A program made the translations under genes and the position numbers. DNA of 64,000 nucleotides. Source: Clostridia bacterium (GTDB lineage Bacteria > Bacillota > Clostridia > Oscillospirales > RGIG577). The notes under the pieces are model-generated. The model ran no database searches and had not been told where the DNA came from. It saw only the letters and a list, made by a program, of their open reading frames with translations. Position 1 is the first letter of the stretch; each line of letters opens with the position of its first letter. Where the stretch lies: positions 8,367 through 72,366 of the forward strand of contig JAFQZS010000047.1 in the NCBI GenBank assembly GCA_017405765.1, in the 5' to 3' direction. Shown in pieces: positions 47,854 to 56,200 of this stretch.

Positions 47854-47961
47854 TTCCGTATATGTTTTTTTATTTTATATTGTAGCATTTAAGATGAGTG
47901 ATGTAAACATAGTCATGGGAAGCCGGAAAAATGAAAACTCATCGGCATGAAGCACAAAATT

Positions 47962-48073
47962 TAAAGCGGCCGCCTTCCGAGCAGCCGCTTTATTCATTTT
48001 CGATGCCGCCGTCGCCGCCGTCGCCGCCTGCGTCGTCGTCGCCTATGCGGCTCAGAGCATCGTAAATACCGCA
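47962..48073. repeat. 112-bp direct repeat, copy 1 (terminator hairpin + 3' end of small ORF)
   Basis: Ungapped hand alignment with 52028-52139 gives 106/112 identical positions. It contains the hairpin GCGGCCGCCTTCCGAGCAGCCGC. Confidence 0.9.
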
Positions 48074-48148
48074 GCTGTGGCAAAAGAAGCCGATTCGACT
48101 AAGGAAACATCCCAAAAAGAGCAGGAGAGCGAAAACACTTAAAATCAT
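47990..48148 (-). CDS. possible 52-aa small protein (below the ORF-track cutoff), 3' half paralogous to 52056-52265
   Basis: The translation is MILSVFALLLFLGCFLSRIGFFCHSCGIYDALSRIGDDDAGGDGGDGGIENE. It has a hydrophobic N-terminus but only a weak, closely spaced GGGG RBS. It may be a chimeric remnant. Confidence 0.3.
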   Translation of the reverse strand: MILSVFALLLFLGCFLSRIGFFCHSCGIYDALSRIGDDDAGGDGGDGGIENE

Positions 48149-48436
48149 ATCCCCAAAAAAGCGAGAGGGCCGCGCGCCCTCTTTCTTTTTTTGTCTCCCC
48201 GAGCCTTATTGGCAAAAACAGCGCACGAATATAATACCTTGTCGCAGCTTTAAAATTAAGAGGATGCTTCTGTCAGTTTCCACAAAAACACATATTCGGT
48301 TTTGTACGCATACACGGTTAAAATATACAAATTTTATGCTATAATTGATATATAATTGTAACATATCACAAAAATGCAAAAAACGAGCGAAAAATCAGCG
48401 GTAAATAAATGCGCAAAACATAAAGGAGGTTTTTTA

Positions 48437-49426
48437 ATGGCTATCACCAAAGATGAGCAAAAAGCGATATACATAAGCATGATGCGTATACGCCGGTTTG
48501 AAGAAGCGGCCGAAAGGCTTTTAAAGGAAAAGCGCATGCCGGGCTTTGCGCACCTCTATATCGGCGAGGAGGCCATAGCTTCAGCAGTATGCGCGAACCT
48601 CAGGCGGGACGACTACATTACGAGCACGCACCGCGGCCACGGCCACTGCATAGCAAAGGGCGCGGACCTTAGATTCATGATGGCCGAGCTGTACGGAAAA
48701 GAGGCGGGATACTGCAAGGGCAAGGGCGGCTCGATGCACATCGCCGATACGGACATAGGCATTTTAGGCGCCGACGGCATCGTAGGCGCGGGCCAACCCA
48801 TAAGCGTGGGCGCGGCCCTTTCCGCGCAGGTGCGCGGCACCGATCAGGTCACCGTCTGCTTCTTCGGAGACGGCTCCACGAATCAGGGCACGTTCCACGA
48901 ATCGCTCAACCTCGCTTCAATTTGGAAGCTGCCGGTCGTTTTCATCTGCGAAAACAATCTGTATCAGATAACCGTGCCGTTTTCATATCACTCGAATATT
49001 CGGGATATCGCTGTGAGGGCGCAGGCCTACGATATCCCCGGCGTGACTGTTGACGGCAACGATGTTATGGCCGTTTACGAGGCCGCGAAGGTAGCCGTTG
49101 AACGCGCAAGAAGGGGAGAGGGCCCCAAGCTTATCGAATGCAAGACGTATCGCCATCGCGGCCACTTCTCAGGCGACCCCGCAAGCTACAGGCCGAAGGA
49201 TGAGGTAGAGGCGTGGCTCAAACGAGATCCGATACCGAGATACGAGCAGTTTCTCATTGATAACGGCGTTATGACGAGAGAAGAACTCGACGAGGCCGCA
49301 GCACAGGTGGAAAAGGAGATCGCGGACGCCATTGCGTTCGCCGAGGCGCAGCCGTATCCGCCGGTGGAGAACACCGTAAAGGACGTATACAGCGAAGATA
49401 TCGTAAAGGAGGCGCGTGACAGATGA
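48437..49426 (+). CDS. thiamine-diphosphate-dependent 2-oxoacid (pyruvate/acetoin) dehydrogenase E1 alpha subunit
   Basis: An AAAGGAGG RBS lies before MAITKDEQ. Motifs: GF.HLYIGEEA, TYRHRGH.SGD. Confidence 0.9.
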   Translation: MAITKDEQKAIYISMMRIRRFEEAAERLLKEKRMPGFAHLYIGEEAIASAVCANLRRDDYITSTHRGHGHCIAKGADLRFMMAELYGKEAGYCKGKGGSMHIADTDIGILGADGIVGAGQPISVGAALSAQVRGTDQVTVCFFGDGSTNQGTFHESLNLASIWKLPVVFICENNLYQITVPFSYHSNIRDIAVRAQAYDIPGVTVDGNDVMAVYEAAKVAVERARRGEGPKLIECKTYRHRGHFSGDPASYRPKDEVEAWLKRDPIPRYEQFLIDNGVMTREELDEAAAQVEKEIADAIAFAEAQPYPPVENTVKDVYSEDIVKEARDR

Positions 49427-50397
49427 AGACTACTATGACATTCGGCGCGGCGACCCGCGAAGCCATCATAAAATGTATGCGCGAGGACAAAAGCGTTATA
49501 ATCTTCGGCGAGGACGTAGGCGTAACGGGCGGCACTTACGGCGTGAGCCGCGGCCTTCAAGAGGAATTCGGCTTTCTTAGAGTGCGCGACACCCCCGTTT
49601 CCGAGTCCGGCTTTTGCGGGGCTGCGGTCGGCGCGGCCGCAACAGGACTTCGTCCCATCGCGGAGCTTATGATGATCGACTTTATCGGCGTTGCAATGGA
49701 CCAGATATTCAATCAGGCCGCAAAGATGCGCTATATGTTCGGCGGCAAGCTTTCGCTGCCCATTGTATTCAGAGCCGCATCGGGCGGCGGAACGAGCTCC
49801 GCGGCGCAGCATTCGCAGACGCTGGAAGCGTGGCTTACGCACGTTCCGGGACTCAAGGTCATAGCGCCGTCCAATCCGCAGGACGCCTATGGAATGATGA
49901 TAACTGCCATACGCGACAACGACCCCGTATTCGTTATGGAACACAAGCTGCTCTATTCAAAGCAGGGAGAAGTCAATCTTGATGCGCCTCCCGTACCGCT
50001 CGGCAAGGGCAGAGTGGCAAGGGAAGGCGGCGACGTTTCGATAATCACGTACAGTAAGCAGGTCACGGACGCGCTCGATGCGGCAAAGACGCTTGCGGCG
50101 GAGGGAATAAGCGCCGAGGTCATCGACCTTCGTTCGCTCTTCCCGCTCGACTTTGATCTGATAACCGAAAGCATTAAAAAGACGGGCAGGGCGGTAGTTT
50201 TCACCGAGGAGAATAAGCGCGGAGGCTACGGCGGCGAGATAAGCGCGCAGATCGGCGAAGAGCTTTTCGACTGGCTCGACGCGCCCGTCGTGCGCATCGG
50301 CGCGCTCAATACGCCCGTTCCGTATTCGCCCGTGCTCGAAAAGTATTATCTCCCGTGCGCGGCCGATATCGTAAGCGCCGTAAAAAAGATGATGTAG
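49423..50397 (+). CDS. 2-oxoacid dehydrogenase E1 beta subunit
   Basis: VIIFGEDVG..GG.Y.V..GL...FG..RV.DTP.SE motif. The start is coupled to the upstream stop (ATGA). Confidence 0.9.
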   Translation: MKTTMTFGAATREAIIKCMREDKSVIIFGEDVGVTGGTYGVSRGLQEEFGFLRVRDTPVSESGFCGAAVGAAATGLRPIAELMMIDFIGVAMDQIFNQAAKMRYMFGGKLSLPIVFRAASGGGTSSAAQHSQTLEAWLTHVPGLKVIAPSNPQDAYGMMITAIRDNDPVFVMEHKLLYSKQGEVNLDAPPVPLGKGRVAREGGDVSIITYSKQVTDALDAAKTLAAEGISAEVIDLRSLFPLDFDLITESIKKTGRAVVFTEENKRGGYGGEISAQIGEELFDWLDAPVVRIGALNTPVPYSPVLEKYYLPCAADIVSAVKKMM

Positions 50398-50437
50398 CGG
50401 CACGTCTTAAAAAATGATTGTAAATGAGGTAAGTATT

Positions 50438-51724
50438 ATGGCTGAATATATAATTTTACCGATGCTCGGACAGACAATGGAAACGGGCACGATATCAAAA
50501 TGGCTCGTAAAAGAAGGCGATGCCGTCAAGGAAGGTCAGGATATTTTCGATCTGGAGTCCGATAAGCTTACGAATACGGAGACTGCCGCTCGCGGAGGCG
50601 TGATAAGAAAGATACTTGTGCCCGAGGGCGAAGAGGTCCCGGTGCTTTCCCGCGTTGCGATAATAGGCGACGCGAATGAGGACGTTTCCGCGATGCTTTC
50701 CGAGTCCGGCGTAAAGTGCCCGCCCGCTTTCGCAGCGGCGTCCGAAGAGCCGAAGGCGCAAAAAGCCGCAGATTTGGCGGCGGAAAGGATAATAGCGTCG
50801 CCGAGGGCGAAAAAGTTCGCCAGTGAGAATGATATTGACCTTTCTCTTGTGAAGGGAACGGGCCCGGGGGGCAGAATAGTCGAAAAGGACGTTGAAAAGT
50901 ATCTGCTTTATGCGATCTCGATGGACACAGCGCCCGCCCCGAAAAGCGTACCCGAGCCCGAAAAGCCCGCTTCGGCCGTTCCCACGGATAAAAAAGCTCC
51001 CCTCAAGGCCGAAAAGTCTGCGGAAGCTGCAAAGGTTTTGAGACCCGACGAGGAGATAAAGCCGATGAACGGTATGCGCAGAGCTATAGCGAACAATATG
51101 CTAAAGTCCGTTCGGACGAGCCCAACAGTAACGTATACGATAAGCGTCGATATGACGAATATAAAGGCGTTCCGCGAACAGCTCAAGGCAAACGGCCTTA
51201 AGGTAAGCTACACGGATATACTCGTAAAGTTTGTCGCAAAGGCGCTGCTCGATTTCCCGATAGTCAACGGCAGCATCGACGGCGATAATATTATTTATAA
51301 GCATTACGTTAATATGGGCGTTGCCGTTGCCCTTAACGACGGGCTTATAGTGCCCAACGTAAAGAACGCCGACAAGAAGGGACTTATGCAGATATCGCGC
51401 GAGATAGGCGAGCTTGCCGAGAAGGCGAGAAGCGGCCGCCTGACTCTGGACGATTATACCGGAGGCACGTTCACTATCACGAATCTCGGAATGTACGGCA
51501 TAGAGAGTTTCACTCCGATAATAAATCAGCCCGAATCGGCGATACTCGGTGTGAACGCGATGGCGGACAGACCGGTGTTCAACGAAGAAGGAGAGCTGGT
51601 AAGAAAGACGTTCATGCCGCTTTCTCTTACGGCGGACCACCGTTCAATTGACGGCGCCGTGGCCGCGCAGTTTTTGCACAGAGTAAAGACACTTTTGGAA
51701 AACCCCGCCCTTATGGAAGCGTAA
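50438..51724 (+). CDS. dihydrolipoamide acyltransferase E2 (single lipoyl domain)
   Basis: Lipoyl domain (LESDKLT), an E3/E1-binding PSBD (ASPRAKKFA.E..IDLS.V.GTGPGGRI) and a catalytic DHRSIDG motif. Confidence 0.9.
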   Translation: MAEYIILPMLGQTMETGTISKWLVKEGDAVKEGQDIFDLESDKLTNTETAARGGVIRKILVPEGEEVPVLSRVAIIGDANEDVSAMLSESGVKCPPAFAAASEEPKAQKAADLAAERIIASPRAKKFASENDIDLSLVKGTGPGGRIVEKDVEKYLLYAISMDTAPAPKSVPEPEKPASAVPTDKKAPLKAEKSAEAAKVLRPDEEIKPMNGMRRAIANNMLKSVRTSPTVTYTISVDMTNIKAFREQLKANGLKVSYTDILVKFVAKALLDFPIVNGSIDGDNIIYKHYVNMGVAVALNDGLIVPNVKNADKKGLMQISREIGELAEKARSGRLTLDDYTGGTFTITNLGMYGIESFTPIINQPESAILGVNAMADRPVFNEEGELVRKTFMPLSLTADHRSIDGAVAAQFLHRVKTLLENPALMEA

Positions 51725-51805
51725 GGCTTTTTCGAATACATCATAAAACCGCGCCGCCGGGAGATCTCCGACGGCGCGGTGTATTGGATAAAAGGAGCTG
51801 ATAAA

Positions 51806-52030
51806 ATGTCGTTCAAAGCATGGCAGCTTGCGGCTTTGGAGGAGTACGGCTATATGGACACAAGCGACGGTCTTATAAACCGCGTGGCGTATAAGCTCGC
51901 GCAAAGCCCGCATGATACTATTGATACCCAAGAATTTCGTGAGGCCTGTATTTCGTCGGGCGTTGATCCCGATTCGTTTACGCAAAGCGACCTTTCGAAG
52001 CTTCAAAGAAAACTTGATGAGATAACGTAG
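51806..52030 (+). CDS. hypothetical 74-aa protein
   Basis: AAAGGAG RBS. The stop overlaps the start of the repeat-2 terminator. No family was recognised. Confidence 0.45.
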   Translation: MSFKAWQLAALEEYGYMDTSDGLINRVAYKLAQSPHDTIDTQEFREACISSGVDPDSFTQSDLSKLQRKLDEIT

Positions 52031-52139
52031 AGCGGCCGCCTTCCGAGCAGCCGCTCTATTCATTTTCAATGACGCCGTCGCCGCCGTCGCCGCCTGCGTC
52101 GTCGTCGCCTATGCGGCTCAGAGCATCGTAGATGCCGCA
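52028..52139. repeat. 112-bp direct repeat, copy 2
   Basis: See 47962-48073. It covers the terminator and the last about 28 codons of the lipoprotein gene. Confidence 0.9.
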
Positions 52140-52265
52140 ACCGGACGAATCTTCGTCGACTTCCGTTTCGGGCGGCGCCGCGGCAGATATATCCGGCCCG
52201 CATCCCGCAAGAAGCGCAAAGCAGACGAGCGAAACGGCTATCAGAATAAGCTTTATACTTTTCAT
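52056..52265 (-). CDS. small acidic lipoprotein (69 aa)
   Basis: GGAGG RBS. Signal peptide with lipobox LLAGC. The acidic C-terminus is CGIYDALSRIGDDDAGGDGGDGVIENE. The start was set to the internal ATG at 52265. Confidence 0.55.
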   Translation of the reverse strand: MKSIKLILIAVSLVCFALLAGCGPDISAAAPPETEVDEDSSGCGIYDALSRIGDDDAGGDGGDGVIENE

Positions 52266-52439
52266 TGCGCGCCTCCGTTCGTTTTTCGCGGCACGTGCCG
52301 CGCGCAGTTTTACGATATAAGTATAATATATCCGCGCCGCCGTTTCAAGCGGATCCGCCCGACAAAAGCGAGGGAAGACGCGCACGCCCCCTTGCTTCAC
52401 GTTTTATTAGTACACGCCGCAGGCTCAGATGTATTGACG

Positions 52440-53090
52440 TTACTTCTTTGTCTGTCCGTAGGTTCTGAATCTCACGGCAAGGTTCTTCATTTCTTCCTCG
52501 GGCAGTATCAGCGGCTTTCCGATGCACCGCGCAAGGTGGTAATTCCGGCAGCATTCCTCGATGGTCTGCGCTATGGAGAACGCTCGGGCAATATTCGGGC
52601 CTCCTGCCACGAGACCGTGATTTGCGAGCAGCACACAGCTTCGCTCTTTCATATATTCGCAGGCGATATCCGCAAGCTGTTGCGTACCGAACGATCTGTA
52701 CGGCGCGCACTTAACGTCGGGACCCGCCATGGCCACGAGATAGCTCGACGCCGGAAGTCCTTCTCCCAAGGTGGCAAGCGCCGTTGCGTAGGGCGAATGA
52801 GTATGTACGACCGCCCGTATGTCGTTTCGCTTATTATAGAACACAGAGTGAAGAAGATACTCGCTTGACGGCTTAAGCTCGCCGTCTACCTTTGACGTGT
52901 CGGACGCCTTCATGATTACTACATCCTGGGGCCTCGTTTCAAAATAGTCAACCCCGCTGGGGCTTATTGCCATATATCCGGTGTCGGGGTCAAAAATGCT
53001 TATATTGCCGCCCGTTCCGCTGGTAAGTCCCGCAGTTATGAGCTTCTTGCCGTACTCGACTACAAGCTCTCTTTCTTTTTTCATCAGCAT
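52440..53090 (-). CDS. class II aldolase/adducin family protein (FucA/AraD-like)
   Basis: GTGGNISI, KPSSE...H, VVHTHSPYATA, LLANHG. Confidence 0.85.
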   Translation of the reverse strand: MLMKKERELVVEYGKKLITAGLTSGTGGNISIFDPDTGYMAISPSGVDYFETRPQDVVIMKASDTSKVDGELKPSSEYLLHSVFYNKRNDIRAVVHTHSPYATALATLGEGLPASSYLVAMAGPDVKCAPYRSFGTQQLADIACEYMKERSCVLLANHGLVAGGPNIARAFSIAQTIEECCRNYHLARCIGKPLILPEEEMKNLAVRFRTYGQTKK

Positions 53091-53120
53091 AAAAATATCC
53101 TCGCTTTTTGTAAACGTATC

Positions 53121-54059
53121 TTAAAATCCGTAAATTTTCAGAAGCTCCCCGCGCGCTGCTATGGGTCTTCCTACGTCCTTTGCAATATCCTGCGCCTGCT
53201 TTAAAAGCTCAAGATTTGTCGGCTTCTTATTGGGGTCGAAATGCATCTCCAGACCGACCTTTAGATGGCCGCCGAGTTCAATGACTCTGCGCATTATCGG
53301 TATCTCGTCTTCGCTGGGAGCGCCCCATATGGAAACGAACCACGGCATACGGCTCTCCTCCATCATGTACATATAGTAGTAGAGCGTCTCAAGACTTGCG
53401 GGCATACCTGCAGTGTTCGCGCCGTCCATGGATATAAGGCCGTAATCACCCATAAGATAAAGGTCGAGGGTAGAACCCTTAGGCAGAAGTCCTCTCTTCT
53501 CGTAATGGAGCGCGAGCCTCATAAATCCCGGCTCGAATACGCTGAATATAATGCCCATGCCCTTTTCGCGGCACATCTTCACCTGTGCGTTGAGCCTGTC
53601 GTATCCGTAGCCGTGGGTAAGTCCCGATATGTAGCCTTCATCATCAATGGTACGCCCTAAATTGACGACGCCGTTGTCTATGACGCAGAGCTTTATTTTG
53701 CGCTTGTCGTGAAGTATTCCCACGTGCTCAAGGCCGTGCTCCTCGGGAGTGAGCATTCCTACGGCGCAGGTGCTGCCGTACATAACTCCGTCGGGGTATT
53801 TTTCAAATACTCTGTCCCAGGTCTTAAGGTAATCGTCGGCTGCAGCCTCGCCCTTTAAGCTGTAATTCGTATTGTGTGCATGAACGGCACAGGCTCCCGC
53901 ATCAAAGCATTTGATGGCTTCCGCGACAAGCTCGTCGTGTCCCACCGGGAGATTGGGGTTCATGGCCTTCGTTCTTGCTCCGTTGATATGCGCCTCGATT
54001 ATGACCGGAGTATCCCATTTTGGGGCCATGTTTTCATACTTTGAAAAAGCTGTCATCAT
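53121..54059 (-). CDS. BKACE family (DUF849, 3-keto-5-aminohexanoate cleavage enzyme-like) protein
   Basis: PVIIEAHINGAR.K..NP..P....E...EA..C.DAGA..VHAHN matches the TIM-barrel BKACE N-terminal signature with the H-x-H metal site. Confidence 0.8.
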   Translation of the reverse strand: MMTAFSKYENMAPKWDTPVIIEAHINGARTKAMNPNLPVGHDELVAEAIKCFDAGACAVHAHNTNYSLKGEAAADDYLKTWDRVFEKYPDGVMYGSTCAVGMLTPEEHGLEHVGILHDKRKIKLCVIDNGVVNLGRTIDDEGYISGLTHGYGYDRLNAQVKMCREKGMGIIFSVFEPGFMRLALHYEKRGLLPKGSTLDLYLMGDYGLISMDGANTAGMPASLETLYYYMYMMEESRMPWFVSIWGAPSEDEIPIMRRVIELGGHLKVGLEMHFDPNKKPTNLELLKQAQDIAKDVGRPIAARGELLKIYGF

Positions 54060-54077
54060 TATACCTCCGTTACGTTT

Positions 54078-55154
54078 TTAGAGTGATTTAAGAAAGTCCA
54101 GAATAAGCGACGATACCTCATTGGGACGCTCTATCTCCTCCCAATGGCCGCAGTTCTCAAGAACCTTGACGCCGCGAAGGTCGTCGCACACCTTCGGCAG
54201 ATTTGCAATAGCGTCCCTTGACCAGATAGTCACCCAGTCTCTGTCGCCTCCGATGTAGAGCGCGGGGATTTTTATGCGCTCTTCGATATTGCCGTAAAGC
54301 TCCCAGTCGAGATCCACGGCCTTATAGTAGTAAAGCGCATGCCTGAATCCGCAGCTCTCCCAATTCGCGGCAAGTATCTCAAGATCCTCCTCGGGCAGAA
54401 AGTAGGGATTATCAACAGGCGCCCGTTTGGATGGCGTCACGGGGGCGTATCTGTCGGAGCATACGCTTGCGCCCCTGAAAAGCTCAACTATCTGCTCGTC
54501 CGTGAGCTCTGTCGCTTTGTTATCTATCAGAATCTGCGGCTTCGGAAGCAGATGTGACCATCCGAAAAGCGCATTGAAGAGCCAGTCCTTCGGACAATCC
54601 ATCTGAATAAGCGCCGGTTCTATCTTAGCAAAGTTGTCGGAATAGAATATCTTGTCCTCGCCGGCGATTTCCCGGTATATCTGCGAAGGCAGCTTTGTGC
54701 GGCCTTCGCTCAAGGGCAGCGCAAATGCATCGCGCCCGCCGAACACGTTTGAGATGCCCACCACGCCCGAAAAGCATTCGGGATAGAACCAGGCCGCGCT
54801 CCATGCGATAATAGCTCCCCAGTCGTGACCAATTATCGCCGCCTTTTTTTCGCCTAACGCCTTAACCGTCTCGGCGCAGTCGCATGCGAGGTTCTTCAGC
54901 GTATACTGAGCATAGTCCTCGGGCTTTGAGCTTCTTCCCACGCCGCGGGTATCAATGGCCACCGCGCGGTATCCTGCCTTCGACAGCGCAAGAAGCTGAT
55001 GCTTCCACGAATACCAGAATTCGGGGAAGCCGTGAACTAAAAGCGCCATAGGCCCTTCGCCGGCCTCCACATAGTGAATGCGCTGCCCGTTGGCCTTGAC
55101 GGTGCCGTCCTTTAAGGCAAGCTTTTCACCGTTTACATCAATAGTGCACATCAT
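54078..55154 (-). CDS. alpha/beta hydrolase, epoxide-hydrolase-like
   Basis: The HGFPEFWYSWKHQ oxyanion motif and the GHDWGA Asp-nucleophile elbow are typical of the epoxide hydrolase/haloalkane dehalogenase clade. The start was set to the ATG at 55154 after an AAGGAG RBS. Confidence 0.8.
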   Translation of the reverse strand: MMCTIDVNGEKLALKDGTVKANGQRIHYVEAGEGPMALLVHGFPEFWYSWKHQLLALSKAGYRAVAIDTRGVGRSSKPEDYAQYTLKNLACDCAETVKALGEKKAAIIGHDWGAIIAWSAAWFYPECFSGVVGISNVFGGRDAFALPLSEGRTKLPSQIYREIAGEDKIFYSDNFAKIEPALIQMDCPKDWLFNALFGWSHLLPKPQILIDNKATELTDEQIVELFRGASVCSDRYAPVTPSKRAPVDNPYFLPEEDLEILAANWESCGFRHALYYYKAVDLDWELYGNIEERIKIPALYIGGDRDWVTIWSRDAIANLPKVCDDLRGVKVLENCGHWEEIERPNEVSSLILDFLKSL

Positions 55155-55170
55155 ACGTATCACTCCTTTT

Positions 55171-56163
55171 TTATTTATTGAGCTGCTTAAGATTGAAAAC
55201 ACAGCGTCCGCTTCTGTTATTCAGCCATTCCAAGACCGCCGCGTTCATTATCCTCGAATGATGCTCCTCCACTTCAAATGCCGCGCCTGCAATATGAGGC
55301 GTCGCCAGCACGTTGGGAAGCTTTATAAGCTCATAATCCTTGTTTGAGGGCGGCTCGTTCGGGAAAACGTCAAGAAGCGCGCCGCGTATCCTGCTTTCCC
55401 TAAGCAGCCCGTAAAGCGCGTCGTAATCAGCCACGACCGCGCGGGAGGAGTTGACGAAAAGCGCGTCGGGCTTCATTAACGCCATGAGTTCTCCCGTTAT
55501 CATGCCCTTGGTCGAATCGTTCACGGGCAGGTGCACCGACACGATGTCGCTTTCGGCGAATATATTCTCAATAGGCGCATATTCGCAGCCGTTTATCGTC
55601 TCATTGATAAAGGCGTCGTAGTATGCTCCTTCGCAGCCGAAGCTTTTTAGCATATTCCAAAGCGCCCTTGCGACTGCGCCGAATCCCACGAATCCGACCT
55701 TTCTGCCGCATATCTCGTGGCCGGTGTAGTGGAAGAAGGGGTACGCGGGATTTTCGCGCCACTCTCCGTTTTTGAGCCACGGCACGGCGTCATACATGAG
55801 CCTCTCAAACATTATGAGCTGTCCTATAACAAGCTCCGCCACTGACTGTGCGTTTCTTGCTGGAGTTACAAGCACAGGTATCCCGAGCTTAGAAGCATAC
55901 GCCACATCCACATTGACGGGATTTGCGCGGCATACGCCTATGAATTTGAGTCCCTTGTTCTCATCAAGCACCACCCTTGTGATGCGGTCGAGCTCTACGA
56001 TCACCGCATCGGGAGCTTCCTCTTTAAGTATCGCGCACATCTCGTCTTCCTTTCGTGACTTGAGCTCCGTAGGCGGCATATGCACGATGTCGTCAAATAC
56101 TTTTCCCAGCTCATTGAGGCACTTTTTGCTGTACCTTGTAGTTACAAGCAGCTTCACAGGCAT
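55171..56163 (-). CDS. D-isomer-specific 2-hydroxyacid dehydrogenase family protein
   Basis: NAD-binding motif GFVGFGAVA, plus NSSRA....D..AL and TPHIAGA. Confidence 0.85.
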   Translation of the reverse strand: MPVKLLVTTRYSKKCLNELGKVFDDIVHMPPTELKSRKEDEMCAILKEEAPDAVIVELDRITRVVLDENKGLKFIGVCRANPVNVDVAYASKLGIPVLVTPARNAQSVAELVIGQLIMFERLMYDAVPWLKNGEWRENPAYPFFHYTGHEICGRKVGFVGFGAVARALWNMLKSFGCEGAYYDAFINETINGCEYAPIENIFAESDIVSVHLPVNDSTKGMITGELMALMKPDALFVNSSRAVVADYDALYGLLRESRIRGALLDVFPNEPPSNKDYELIKLPNVLATPHIAGAAFEVEEHHSRIMNAAVLEWLNNRSGRCVFNLKQLNK

Positions 56164-56200
56164 TCATCCTCTCTTGTTGTTATTTTTCGCGGGTATAAGA

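Noticed and set aside
51644-52069. 141-aa minus-strand ORF overlapping the 74-aa plus-strand ORF
   Set aside because: The plus-strand ORF has a strong AAAGGAG RBS and balanced composition. The minus-strand product is Arg/Lys-rich, lacks an RBS and runs across the terminator repeat.
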